A DNA stretch of 64,000 nt, from positions 2,913 to 66,912 of the forward strand of contig NW_021834173.1 of assembly GCF_006345805.1 (NCBI RefSeq), read 5' to 3'. The notes under the pieces are model-generated. The model saw nothing but the letters and a program-made list of their open reading frames with translations. It ran no database searches and was not told the origin of the DNA. Positions 13,551-25,504 of the stretch are shown one piece after another (position 1 is the stretch's first letter; each line of letters opens with the position of its first letter). Origin of the DNA: Octopus sinensis. Its lineage: Eukaryota. The translations under genes and the position numbers were made by a program.

Positions 13551-13744
13551 TCTCATATTCAAACAACTTTGATCTCCTTCCAATGTAACATTCTAAAATT
13601 TTTCTCAAAGACTTCTAGATATTCCTAGCAGTGATATTCACCAAATTCACAATATTTATGCACTTCACACTGCTTTTTTTCCCCCATGAATTCTGTAGGA
13701 TATTGTAAGACTGTGTAATTTTATTACTAAATTCAATACTGAAC

Positions 13745-14040
13745 ACCATGTAGTCCTGGGTTCAATCCCACTCCATGGTACCTTGTGCAAGTAGCTTCTA
13801 TTATAGCTCAAAGCTAATTGAAAACTTGTGAGTGGATTTCAGAAACTGAAAGTCCATTATGTCTGTGTGTCTGTGTGTACTTGTTTTCATATGACGTGAT
13901 GATTATAAACATGCATCATTGTTATACAAGTGATGATGTTTGTTTCCTGTCTACCAAGAAAAACATGTCTGGCCAAAAGGGAAATATAACTTTGCTTAGA
14001 AACAGGTGAGGGTTAGTGACAGAAAGGGCATCTGGCCATA
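13745..14040 (+). mobile_element. SINE with family-A head and an alternative 3' body (G type)
   Basis: Head CCTGGGTTCAATCCCACT...CCTTGTGCAAGT...TTGTGAGTGGATTT, then a body matching the reverse copy at 58250-58480 and ending in AAGGGCATCTGGCC. Confidence 0.65.
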
Positions 14041-14089
14041 TAAAAAAAATCTTTAATCATTATAAAACACCAAAAAAAAAAAAAAAACG

Positions 14090-14300
14090 TGTGCTGACAA
14101 AATCATTAGCGTGCTGGACAAAATGCTTAGCAGTATTTCGCCTGTTGTTACATGCTGATTTCAAATTCCACTGAGGTTGACTTTGCCTTTTATTGTTTTG
14201 GGGTTGATTAAATAAGTACCCAGTTACGCACTGGGATCGACACAATCGACTTAATCCCTTCCACCAAGCTGCCCTTGTGGCAAAAATTTGGAATCATTAT
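14090..14300 (+). mobile_element. SINE family B
   Basis: TTAGCGTGCTGGACAAAATGCTTAGCAGTATTTCG...TTCAAATTCCACTGAGGTTGACTTTGCCTTT...AATAAGTACCCAGTTACGCACTGGG. Confidence 0.75.
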
Positions 14301-14332
14301 AAAACGCCAATAGATTAACCATTTTATCTCTA

Positions 14333-14723
14333 ACCTTTTACTTGTTTCAGGCATTGGGCTATGGCCATACTGGAGCACCACTCTGAAAGGTTTTTAGTTG
14401 AATGAATAAATCAGTCCCAGTACTTATGTTATTTTTCTTTTTTTTGCTTTGTTTTTTTTTTTATATTCTTTCAGTCAGTTTTGCTGAACTGCTAAGTTAT
14501 GAGGATATAAACAAACCAACACTGGTTGTTAAGTGGTGGGACACATATACACAAACACACACATGATGAGTTTCTTTCAATCTCCCCTCAACGAAATCCA
14601 CTCAGAAGCCATTGGTCAGCCCTGGGATACATTAGAATATACTTGTACAATGTACCACACAGTGTGACTGAACCCAAAACGATGTGGTTGGAAAGCAGAC
14701 CTCTTACCACACAGCCACACCTG
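14333..14723 (-). mobile_element. SINE family A, degenerate
   Basis: Collinear with 162-555. Confidence 0.75.
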
Positions 14724-14944
14724 TTTTCCAATCAAGAAATTTTTGTACCTATTACACACAGTTAATAAGCATGTGTTAGTGCTTTTCTGTTTTGATAACG
14801 TATGCTAGTTGTTAACAAGTGTCACAGGCTTTCGTTTTTAAGATTCCACGAAAACATGTCTGCCCATACCAAAATATTACATGGCTTGTAGTTTTTACTT
14901 TAAGATTTCAAATTAGTAAATATGTATAATTAGTTAAATCAGAT

Positions 14945-15362
14945 TAGTGGAACTGTGCTTGAGAAGAACCATGAAGCCAAGTGAAATTGTAGTTGTGGCC
15001 AGTGCTACTGATGTTTACCTGGCACCTGTGCCGGAGGTATGCCCTCAAGGAGGCAGTGACAAGTGACTGAGACCTTTGGCAATATACTGTGCTTGAGAAG
15101 ACCTGTCAAGCCAAGTGAAATCATAGTTGTAGCTATTATAGTTGTGAAGCCAAGTGAAATCATAGTTGTGGTCGATGCTGATGTTTTGTAACTGGCACCT
15201 GTGCCAGTGGCATGTAAAAAGCACCCACTACACTCTTGGAGTGGTTGGCTTTAGGTAGAAACCATGCCAAACCAGATGGAACCTTGTACAGCTCCCCAGC
15301 CTACCAGTTTTCAGTCAAACTGTCCAACCCATGGAAAATAGATGTTAAATGATGATGATCAT
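14945..15362 (+). mobile_element. SINE body/tail type D with internal tandem units and (GAT)n end
   Basis: Repeated GAGAAGAC..TCAAGCCAAGTGAAAT units, then AAAAGCACCCACTACACTC...CCAACCCATGG...GTTAAATGATGATG. Homologous to 43030-43540. Confidence 0.75.
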
Positions 15363-15400
<38 letters not shown>

Positions 15401-15728
15401 CAAATTTACAGAAAACAAAAGACAAAGACAGGTGAAAGGAAAACAAACAGGTGTATTGGTTTGACACACAGGAAGAATGGAAAAATTTCAAGCCTACACT
15501 CTTTGACAGAATGGGGTGAGAGGAAAAATGGAGAGAGAAAAAAATGTGTGGGGATTTATAGTTTAGCATAATGAAACTATATACATATATATATCACTTG
15601 AAGAATTTAGTAGAATGTCATTCCTTTAACCCTTTTGGTGCCAATCTGTCTGAAACCACCCCTGGTTCTGGTAATTTGTTTCAAATGCCATCATAACAAC
15701 AAAGTCATTTTACTAAATTTTTCATTAT

Positions 15729-16426
15729 CCCCTTAGCATTTAAATTGGCTATGTCTGGCCCAAATATTCTGTGTGTTTTATTATGTTCAAACTGCCCTGA
15801 TCTTCTGGCCCCTCACATCTACTTTACTATGTCATTATAAAAATTAGCAATCACACCATTAAAATCTCAAAGCTATGAGATACTCTTTACTCTTTTACTT
15901 GTTTCAGTTATGGAGCACCACCTTTAGACGAGCAAATTGACCCCAGGACTTATTCTTTGTAAGCGTAGTACTTATTCTGTCAGTCTCTTTTGCCAAACCG
16001 CTAAGTTATGGCGATATAAACACACCAGCATCAGTTGTCAAGCGATGTTGGGGGGACAAACACAGACACACACATATGTATATATATATAAGACGGGCTT
16101 CTTTCAGTTTCCATCTACCAAATCCACTCACAAGGCTTTGGTTTGGCCCGAGGCTATAGTAGAAGATACTTGCCCAAGGTGCCATGCAGTGGGACTGAAC
16201 CCGGAACCATGTAGGTTTAATTTAAAATGATGTGAACAATGTAGGATTAATTCAAAATTAATACATTTTGAAGAGAAAGCAATACATTTTGAAGAGAAAG
16301 CTGTCATTCTAAAAATCAGCAATCACATCATTAAAAACTCAAAGCTTTGAGATAATGTAGGATTAATTTAATATTATGTTAATAAATAAGCAATACATTT
16401 GGAAGAGAAAGCCAAATACTAAAGGG
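15729..16426. mobile_element. piggyBac-type MITE-2 nested in MITE-1
   Basis: Starts CCCCTTAGCATTTAAATTGGC and ends AATACTAAAGGG. Homologous to 49346-49826 (TTAACCCTTAAGCATTTAAACTG...). Confidence 0.6.
15884..16212 (-). mobile_element. SINE family A (5'-truncated) inserted in MITE-2
   Basis: High similarity to young A copies; interrupts MITE-2 after CTCAAAGCTATGAGATA. Confidence 0.85.
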
Positions 16427-16579
16427 TCATTTTCAAAATTATTTGAAACAAATGCAGCATATATCAACAGAAATATGGTAACAAAAGTGTTAAAGAGAAA
16501 TCTATTTTATAAATTTTTAAAGTAAGTTAAAGAGACAAAGTTTCTTACATCCTCGTTATAGTTTCAGTGCCAAAAGTTA

Positions 16580-16980
16580 CATTAGGCAGCAAGCTGGTGG
16601 AATCGTTAACATGTTGGGCAAAATATTTAGTGATATTTTATTCAGATTTCAAATTCTGTTAATATTAGCTTTGCTTTCCACTTCTGGGGGGTCAATAAAA
16701 TAAGTACCAGTTGAACACTAAGGTTGATATAATTAACTTACTCTCCAGCTTTGTGCCAAAATTTGGAACTAATATCAAAAGTTACATTAGGGCAACAAGA
16801 TGGCAGAATTCTTAGCATGCCAAACAAAAGGCTCAATGGCATTTCTTCAAGTTTTTTACATTCTGAGTTCAAATCCTGTTAAGTCTTTTATCCTTTGAGG
16901 TACAATAAAATAGGTACCAGTTAGATACTGGGGTCAATGCAATCAAATTGCAGGCCATGTGCTAGGAGTAGAAAAGAAAT
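16580..16980 (+). mobile_element. Two tandem SINE family B copies
   Basis: Two GGCA.CAAG.TGG..GAAT..TTA.CATG heads, each followed by AATAAAATA.GTACCAGTT. Confidence 0.7.
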
Positions 16981-17002
16981 TCAAAAATTACAAGTTACAC
17001 TT

Positions 17003-17270
17003 TATCTTTTAGTTGATTCAGTCAGTAGACCATGGCCATGTTGGGGCACTGGTCTCGGAGAACTTTTAGTTGAATGAAGCCTTTACTTATTCTATTGATC
17101 TCTTTTTCTGAACTACTAAGTTATGATGAAATAAACACACCAGCATCGACTGTCAAACAGTGGGGATAGGGGAGAAACACAGACTCAAACACACATGGGC
17201 TTCTTTTAATTTCCATCTACCAAATCCACTCACAAGACTTTGGCTATCCCAAGGCTCCAAGGTGTCACAG
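17003..17270 (-). mobile_element. SINE family A, degenerate
   Basis: GGCCATGTTGGGGCAC...AAACACACCAGCATCG...CTACCAAATCCACTCACAAG. Confidence 0.65.
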
Positions 17271-17884
17271 CAATAAAATTATTCCTCAAAAGTGAAATGA
17301 TTTTGAGAAAAAAGCTATTATATTAATATAATCATGAAACTAAATTTGCCTTACAGAAAATCACAAGAGCTTCAGGCAGGTAGGGCACAACTGCAATAAG
17401 TTATCACTAAATTCAAAACTCCTAATTAACATGTTAACTGCCATGGCCTGTTACAGGAACTTAGTGGTGGCGCCATGTATTTCATGCAGTCGCACTGCAT
17501 ACTATTTAATTTTAAGGAAATACCATTTTTTAAATTTGCATTTTAACAATATTTCATAATTAAACTTTAATATTTATCATTTGTTTTATTTAAATATCCT
17601 TAAAACCATGTCAAAGATACAGAATAAAATATTTTCTCACATAAAGAAAACGTACAATCACTGTTGGTGCATATGGTTGTTGTGTGAAGTTTCTGATGAA
17701 CCACCAATGGTATATGTGATGGTTATTGTGTTAAAGTAAAAAAAAAAAACAAAAAAAAATTGTTTGCAATAATTTCTTTTGAAATAGCGAGACACTAAAT
17801 CATTCAAATTTCATAATTTTGAAATATAATTTAATTTTAAAAAAATCTCATTAGTAATTTTGAAAACTATAATCTATTTGTGCG

Positions 17885-18170
17885 AAGGCACAGAAGATAG
17901 TGGTTAAGGTGTTGTGCTTATGATCGTTAAATTGTGGGTTCGATTTCCGGACCAGGTAGCATGTGTTCTTGAGCAAAACTCTTCATTTCATGATACTCCA
18001 GTCCACTCAACTGTAAAGGGGGTACCCTACAATGGATTAGCTTTCCAATCAGGGAGGAGTGTTGGACTGCTCTCCTAGCCAATGGGGTGGCAACAATTAA
18101 AAGTTAAAACAGTGTGAAGCGCATTGTGACAGGTGATGTATAACAACATCCAATAATCTTTCCAATCACT
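17885..18170 (+). mobile_element. tRNA-derived SINE family C (older copy, different tail)
   Basis: AGTGGTTAAGGTG...GGGTTCGATTTCCGGACCAGG...TCTTGAGCAAAACTCTTCATTTCA...CCAGTCCACTCAACTG. Confidence 0.7.
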
Positions 18171-18343
18171 TGATATTCCTTAATTTATTTAAGACAATCA
18201 ATTTCTTAATTCTTTTTCTTCTTAGCTGATATTTCAAAATTTAAAAAAACAACAAAAAAACAAAGAAATCATAATAACCAGAAATTATTTGAGAAGACAA
18301 TAAGAAATTCTTTTAATAATAATTTCTAAGCAGAAACTAAATA

Positions 18344-18593
18344 TAGGGTTGGTGCATAATTATTGTGGCTTTTTTTGCATCAAATTTTATTCAACAAAAA
18401 CAATAACAATATTTAAAAAAAACATCTTTAAATTACAGTCTGACTGTCTGCCAAGCAAATGGGAAGCAGTAATTGAAGTAGATGGTGAATATGCTCCGGA
18501 ATAATCATTCAAAGATGTTTTTGTTACATGTTATTGTTTTTGTTGAATAAAATTTGTTGAAATAAAAGCTGCAATATTTATGCACCAACCCGA
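18344..18593 (+). mobile_element. mariner deletion derivative (MITE) retaining the transposase C-terminus
   Basis: TA TSD at 18342-43 and 18594-95. About 70-bp TIRs starting TAGGGTTGGTGCATAATTATTG (Hsmar1/Made1-like). Internal 18448-18504 encodes LPSKWEAVIEVDGEYAPE*, the mariner C-terminal LPxRWxxVIxxxGxY motif. Confidence 0.88.
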
Positions 18594-19034
18594 TATATAC
18601 TTCACAACAACCATAGTTTATAGCACTAATGTGTAATGTAGCATTAGAGTGTTATATAGTACTGCTATAGACTATATATACACATAGTACAGACTAATAC
18701 TGATCTAGAAGGTTGACAGTTCAATACTAGGCATGTTCATACTGAAAGAATGCAAACCATGCTTCCAGCAGTCTACTTGGTTGATAACAGGCTTCTTCCC
18801 CAACACCAAATATTTCAAAGTTGTATACTTATTTTTCATTTATTATAAAGGAACGTATCCAGATGTAGTAATTTACTCAATGTTGAGGGTGGGGTGGATC
18901 TGGGAACTTGCTGAGTAACAAGCTATCCTGGTAGTTTTTCCTTTTGAGAATTCTTGTTTCCTTGTGTAGTTTGTGTGTGTGTGGTCTGTGAGGATGTGCA
19001 CTGGGGGTGCTTTGTATTCTTTTGCAAGTTGTAA

Positions 19035-19270
19035 AGAAAGACTAGAGCCTCAGTCTAGAGGTTAGGACCCAGTCAAGACTGGAGATTAAGGCCCAGTCAG
19101 GACTGGAGATTAGGACCCAGTCAAAAATAGAAATTTGGGTGTAGTCACCATTGGAGATTAGAGCCCAGTCAGTGCTGCAGATTAGGGCCCCATCAGGATT
19201 GAAGATAAGTGAACAGTCTGGACTAGAGATTAGGGCTCAATCAAGACTGTAGACTGTGTCCATCAAGACG
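19035..19270. repeat. 24-bp minisatellite (GAGATTAGGACCCAGTCAGGACTG, about 9-10 degenerate copies)
   Basis: GAGATT recurs at 19082 and 19106; a shorter homologous array lies at 20405-20500. Confidence 0.8.
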
Positions 19271-20574
19271 GCAATGGTAAGGCATGAACCTCTGACCTGG
19301 AAATAAGGGCATATCTAACATATTGTTTGTAGACCATTGTTGTAATTGTTGTTCCTTTCAGTTGCCTAAATATGGCACCTATGGTTGCTCTAAATTGTTA
19401 TATGTCTAGTCTTCTATATTTTATGCATGTTGTGGACCACTTTGTAAAGGTATTTATGTTAATTCCATTATCTTTTGTCTTCTATGAGTGAGCTATGTTT
19501 ACACTGCTGAGCATAATGATCAGTTGTATTTGATGCTGTCTGGTTTTCAGGAAAGAAAGGAGACAGTGATTTGGTTGGCGCTACTTTTAGTCTGTTGTCT
19601 TGGAGTCAGGTTTCTAGGTGATTGATGTAGGTTTGGAATAGTCTGGTGAATGGTAAGCAGTAGATAACCAATTTATCATGTGTTTTGCTGTATGATGAAA
19701 CATTATGTAATTATAGGTTAAAAAGAGTAGTTAAGAGGGTACCACTTTATGGTACTTTGAGAACTTACAGATTCAAGTTATTTTGTCATTATACTTAACA
19801 TAGATTTGGCAACCCAAGAATTAGTTGGCAAGAATTTTGGTTGTTTTCAAAGAGGTATTTCCTTTATTTTGTTTTTTCCTGTCAAAGCAGGTCACAGAAA
19901 ATAGCTGCTAAGATCAATGTAGTTAAAATGGCTTATGAGGGAGACATAGGGCTTTCAATGGCATCATGCAATCTTTGCATCAGTTTTGCAAGTATTGTAG
20001 TATGGAATGGTATCAATCAAAAGTTTTGAGTTATGAACAAAGAATGTGTGGATTGATGACATCAAAGACAAGCCTTTCTAAGACTTCTGAAGTTTTGTTT
20101 ATGAGGCTGATATATTTTTGGTTTGGTTTTTTTTTTCTTCAAAATTCTGGGGAGTTGGTAAGAATGGTTGTAGGTATTGGTCAGAGCTATGATTCCTTCA
20201 AACCAAAGTTTTTAAAGTAACTGTTTGTTATTTTGTGTATTCCCAAAAGTTCTCAGTTTTTGAATGTTCATGTTGCTTCTCAGATAGTTTGTAGAAGAAA
20301 AAAATTCAACGCCATGTTATCCTGAGACATACCATATCTTGTGTGAATTTTGGAGAATCAATAAACAAATTAGTCTCATTAATAACCTTGTTAGTCTCAG
20401 TTTGTACAATAAGATTAGGGCTCAATCAGTCAGGGCTAGAGATTAGGGCCCAATCAAGATTGTAGTTTAGAGTCTTGCCAGGATCAGAGATTAGATTCAA
20501 GATGGTAATGATAAGACATGGACCATTGACCTTGAGGACAGGACACATCCAACATATTGTTTGCCGATCATTGT

Positions 20575-20812
20575 TATTTCTTTACTACCCACAAGGGACT
20601 AAACACAGAGAGGACAAACAAGGACAGACAAACGGATTAAGTCGATTACATCAACCCCAGTGTGTAACTGGTACTTATTTAATCGACCCCAAAAGGATGA
20701 AAGGCAAAGTTGACCTTGGCGGAATTTGAACTCAGGATGTAACAGCAGAAGAAATACTGCTAAGCATTTCGCCCGGCGTGCTAATGTTTCTGCCAGTTCG
20801 CCACCCAACTTT
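20575..20812 (-). mobile_element. SINE family B, young (tail type 1)
   Basis: Minus strand reads GGCGAACTGGCAGAAACATTAGCACGCCGGGCGAAATGCTTAGC...TGAGTTCAAATTCCGCC...GCCTTTCATCCTTTTGGGGTCGATTAAATAAGTACCAG. Confidence 0.88.
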
Positions 20813-21732
20813 CAATCATTGTTGTTGATTTTGAAGAAGATGTTTATTTCATGGAGTACCAAGAATACTCAGTTTATGAATTTTCGTACTGCTTCTCAGG
20901 TTGATGTCGGAAGAAAAAAGAATTCAAGGCCACAGCCTGAGACATATATTGTGTAGTTTTGGGAGAATCTTAACCTTGTTAGTCTCATTAATAACCTTGA
21001 TAAATGCAGAGGAACTTCATCAGTTGAAACTAACGTATTTATCATTTGTTTGCTTCCACTGTGGCCATCACCACAACTACAACAACCAACACAACCACCA
21101 CAATCACAATCTACAGGAATGAGAATCTTCATAGTCATTCACCCTGCTAGAAATAGTAGCAAAATGTTTATCAAATTATTTTCTGCCGTCTTCAAAAGAA
21201 AAACGTAAAATATACTGGCAGTTGCTTGTGGTAGTCATGGCTGGAATGCCATTTACTTAACCAGGATTGACCTACAGATAAGAACAACAGGTACAAAAAA
21301 ATAAATGGATAATGGAAGAAAGCCATTCCCTGACCATACTGCGAAAATATTGATATTTTGGTATGCGGAGATACCATTCTTCACTTGATCAAGGAATGGT
21401 ATATTCCTTTAACTGATTGTTGATAGAAAACTGGTTAGATGAATTCTTTAATGAAGAGCAAAAGAGAGAAATTTACAAAAGCATCCATTCCTTACTGCCA
21501 TGGAAACGAGGATGTCAAAAATGGTTTGGGAAATTTATATCATGTAAAGAGAAAAACAAACAAAAAAAAAATTGGGTGTATGTCATGTGGACAGATTGTG
21601 TGTGTGTGTGTGAAAAACACATGACCAGACACTAAAAAAAAACAAACAAAAAAAAACAAGAATAAATGGAGAAGGAGGAAGTGTGAGGAGGGGCAGGTGG
21701 ACAGAGTTAGTGAGAAATATAAGCAAATTACA

Positions 21733-22480
21733 GTTTCTCTCTCTCTCTCTCTTTTTTCCCATACTACTTCCAGTCTGTCTCTCTCTCTCTCTCTCTCTCA
21801 TCTTTATCATATCTTTCGTTCACTTTCTCTCTCTCTCTCCCCTATCTTCACAGTATCTTTTGTTCTCTCTCTCTCTCTCTCACCTTTCCCCCCCCCCCCA
21901 TGTCGTTCATTCTCTCTCATCTTTACTGTCTTTCATTCCCTCTCTCTTTCAATCTCTCATCTTTGCCATATCTTTCATTTTCTCTCTTGGTTTCTCTCTT
22001 TCATCTCTACCATATCTTTCATTCTTTCTTTCTCTTTCCTATCTTTGCCATATCTTTCATTTTCTCTCTTGTCTTTCTCTCTTTCATCTCTACCATATCT
22101 TTCATTCTTTCTTTCTCTCTCTCTTTCTCTTTCCTATCTTTGCCATATCTTTCATTTTCTCTCTTTCTCAATGTCTCTCTCTCTCCCCCTCTCCCTCTCA
22201 TCTTTTGTTCCTCTCACTCATCTTTCCCCATATCTTTCATTTTCTCTCACACTCCATCACCATCTATTACCATATCATTATCTATTGCTATATTCTCTCT
22301 CTCTCTCTCTCTCTCTCTATTACCATGTAACAAACTCCTTTCTTTCATACCATCCTCTCATATTCATCTCCGTCTCTTTCTTTCATACTCCTTCATTATC
22401 TTCCTCTCCCTCCTCTTGTCCCCCACCACCTACTCTCCCGCCTCTTGTCCCCCTACAACCACTCTCCCTCCACCGTTTCT
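21733..22480 (+). repeat. About 750-bp polypyrimidine tract with a higher-order repeat
   Basis: (CT)n-rich, with CCATATCTTTCATT recurring every ~40 bp in an alternating TTTGCC/CTCTAC dimer pattern. Confidence 0.85.
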
Positions 22481-22859
22481 CTGTGTTATTCCATGACAAG
22501 TTACAAAGAACTCATTGCAGTTACTAAGTATTAATATTTTCCCATCCAGTATTTTCCACTTGTCCAAATATTCTGGCATTAATGCAGACAAAAGACCAAA
22601 GTTGAGTATTAATAGTAAACCTACCATTTTAGCACCAAGTCTGTTATTGATTGTCAGCAGTGTATGAGAATAGAATTGGTTTGGTATTGATTTTTTTCAG
22701 CATGGTTGGCTTTCTGAGAATTTCTGGTTTTCAACTGTTTTTCTGCCATTGTCAACAAGACCAACAACAATAACAACAACAGCAATAACTTATCATTTCT
22801 TCACTTATAAATGGTGCTTTAGAAGCTCTTCTGTCTATAGTTATACCATTTTTTAAATA

Positions 22860-23110
22860 ATAATAATAATAATAATAATAATAATCCTTTCTATTATAGG
22901 CACAAGGTCATCAATTTTAAGACAGGGGATAAGTCAATTATATTGATCCCAGTATGCAACTGGTACTTATTTTATCGACCTCAAAAGGATGAAAGGCAAA
23001 GTTGACCTTGGTAGAATTTGAACTGAACTCACAGAATCTGGTAAAATCACCAGCATGACAGACATGATGCAAAGTGGAATTTTTCTAGTTTTATGTTTCA
23101 AGTTCAAATC
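22860..23110 (-). mobile_element. SINE family B next to (TAA)n
   Basis: (TAA)n-ATCCTTTCTATTATAGGCACAAGG...AAAAGGATGAAAGGCAAAGTTGACCTTGG. Confidence 0.75.
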
Positions 23111-23514
23111 ACACTGAGATGGATTTTGTCTTTTTATTCTTTTGTGGGGTGGGGTGGGGTGGGGAATCAAGAAAATAAGAGGGAGAGGGAAAGGGAGACA
23201 GAACAGTTTTGAAAATGAAAGCTCTTCCGAGATTTTTCAGATGCTAAGATGTTAAAATTTGCAAACCTATCCAACTGACAGTGTTGAACACAACTTGTTC
23301 TTTATAAAACAACAACAAATATTAAACAAAAACATTGGCACAACTAATAAATATGAAGAGGTAAATATAGAAATTGCTGCTTATATCGTAAGAATTTAGA
23401 GACTTTGAGAGATTATGAAATAATTCTTTTTTTACTGGGGGAGCTTAAGGTAGATAAAGCTATCCAAAAGGTTTTCTTTTAACCCAATATTAACATGCTT
23501 TTATTTATATTTTA

Positions 23515-24036
23515 ATCAAGGTGGCAAGCTGGAAGAATTGTTAGCATCCCAGGCAAAATGCTTACTGACATTTTGTCCATCTTTAAGTTCTGAGTTCAAA
23601 TTCCACCAAGATCAACTTTGCTTTACATCCTATCACGGTTGATAAATTAAGTACCAGTGAAACACTGGGGTTGATGAAATCGACTTACTCCCATCCCCAA
23701 AATTTCAGGCAATGTGCTTGAAAGTAGACAGGATTATTCCTATCGTTATCTACTTCAAGTTCCACTAATAAAAATGAATTAAATATGAAAATATTTTGGT
23801 GAGTGCTAATAGGGAACTGATGTTTAAGGTGGCGAGCTGAAATGCTTAGCGGTATTTCATCTGCCGCTACGTTCTGAGTTCAAATTCCGCCAAGGTCGAC
23901 TTTGCTTTTCATCCTTTTGGGGTCAATAAATTAAGTACCAGTTACGCACTGGGGTCAATGTAATCGATTTAATACCTTTGTCTGTCCTTGTTTGTCCCCT
24001 CTGTGTTTAGCCCCTTGTGGGCAATAAAGAAATAAG
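23515..24036 (+). mobile_element. Two SINE family B copies (tail types 2 and 1)
   Basis: 23515-23740 and 23826-24036 share head and core but diverge in their 3' tails. Confidence 0.85.
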
Positions 24037-24055
24037 AAATGATGTTTAAATAAAA

Positions 24056-24500
24056 TGGTTCCACACCAATTATATCGTCTACAGAAATGGAGAAAGTATT
24101 CTGTGAACCAAGAAGGAAGTGCCTAGATGAGTTATTCTCAATGGGATCCACATGAACCTTAAGGGTCCATATAAAACTTTTGGAGGTCCACACAAGCAAA
24201 ATAGTAAATTGGCAGTCCACTGTAGTATTTTAGGGGTTAATGAAAAAAACTTTGCTTTAGAAGTATTTATTGTAAGAAACAGCTGGGGTTTTTTTCTCTA
24301 ATGTTTAACATGGTTCAACATATTTCCAGTTATTGAAACGTGTTTTCTCAGAGAGTTCTGTCGCAAGCATACACATGTGAACAGGTAAAATGCAAAATAG
24401 GAATTTTGAAAGAGGTATCTATAAAACTAGTTTTTAAACATGGAACGGTAAAGGGAGTCCACCAGAATAGAATACTAAATAAATGGGTTTGTAGGGGGGG
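24056..24500. mobile_element. hAT (Buster/Charlie-like) MITE, degenerate
   Basis: Reverse-orientation homologue of 32444-32992 (GCAAAATAGTAAATTG, AAAATAGGAATTTTG, GTCCACCAGAATA). Confidence 0.6.
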
Positions 24501-25504
24501 GGACATTGGTCTATATGGTTGCTTAAACTGATAATTATGTACTAATGTCTTAGGAAGGACAATTTGGAGAAAAGAAAGAAAGAGAGAGAGAGAGAGAGAG
24601 AGATGAAAATAAAGAAACAAGAGAAAGAGAAAATTTAAGGGAAAAATGGAAAGAAAAAAGAAACAAAGAGAGAAAGAAAGAAAATGAAAGAAAGAAAAAG
24701 AGAAAGAGAAAAAGACGAAAGACAGACAGACAGACAGAAAGAAAGAACAAAAGACAGACAGAAAGAGAGAATGAAAGAAAGTAAGAACAATGGTCATAGC
24801 TTGATGCTTTTGATTATCAGTCTGTTGACACCAAACTTGCACTAAACAACGGCATCAACAACAACAACACCAAAATCAAAAACAACAGCAAGAGTGATAT
24901 CAACACCACCACTACCACCACCACCACCAACATCAACGTGTTCGTTCCCCTCCCCCTATTATCAAAGATTGTGCCTACATCAAGAATTAGATGTTGGAAT
25001 GTTTCCATGACATAAAATATGCTGATTTGTCCAAAGACATACCTGCAGGGAATTAACCAACATTGAAATGTGTCACATTCCGAAATTCCTTGCAAAAAAA
25101 AAAAAAAATCAACAAATAAATCAACACATTTTTATGACAATTCTGACAATTCACCATGATGCGAGTGTGAGTGTGTGTGTGTGTCTGTGTGAGCATCTGT
25201 GTATGTGTTTGTGTATGAGCACACATGTATGTGTGTGTGTCTGTATCTGTGTGAGCATCTGTGTGTATGTGTATGTGTATGAATGACTCTGTGTGTGTGT
25301 GTGTTTATGTGTGTGTGTATGTGCTAGCTTGGCTGTGAATAGGTATGTAGGGAATGTGTTGTATGGAAAATGTCGCATAGAGAGTATCTGCTGTGTAGAG
25401 AGTGTGTGCCACATAAAGAGTATGTGCCACAAAGAGTATGTGTTGCATAGAGAGTGTGTTGTGGAGAGAGTATGTGTCATGTATAAAGTATGTAGAGAAG
25501 TATG

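Larger units (their letters stand above)
15630..16489. mobile_element. piggyBac-type (TTAA) MITE-1, hosting nested insertions
   Basis: TTAA at 15626-29 and 16490-93. Ends CCCTTTTGGT / GGTAACAAAAGTG are homologous to the intact copy at 27268-27487. Confidence 0.7.

Noticed and set aside
21683-22527. Hydrophobic 200-276-aa ORFs resembling membrane proteins
   Set aside because: Artefact of the polypyrimidine tract (only S, L, F, P rich).
22490-22660. Open frames on both strands (…SKPTILAPSLLLIVSSV* and MVGLLLILNFG…)
   Set aside because: No convincing acceptor-donor pair and no recognisable homology.
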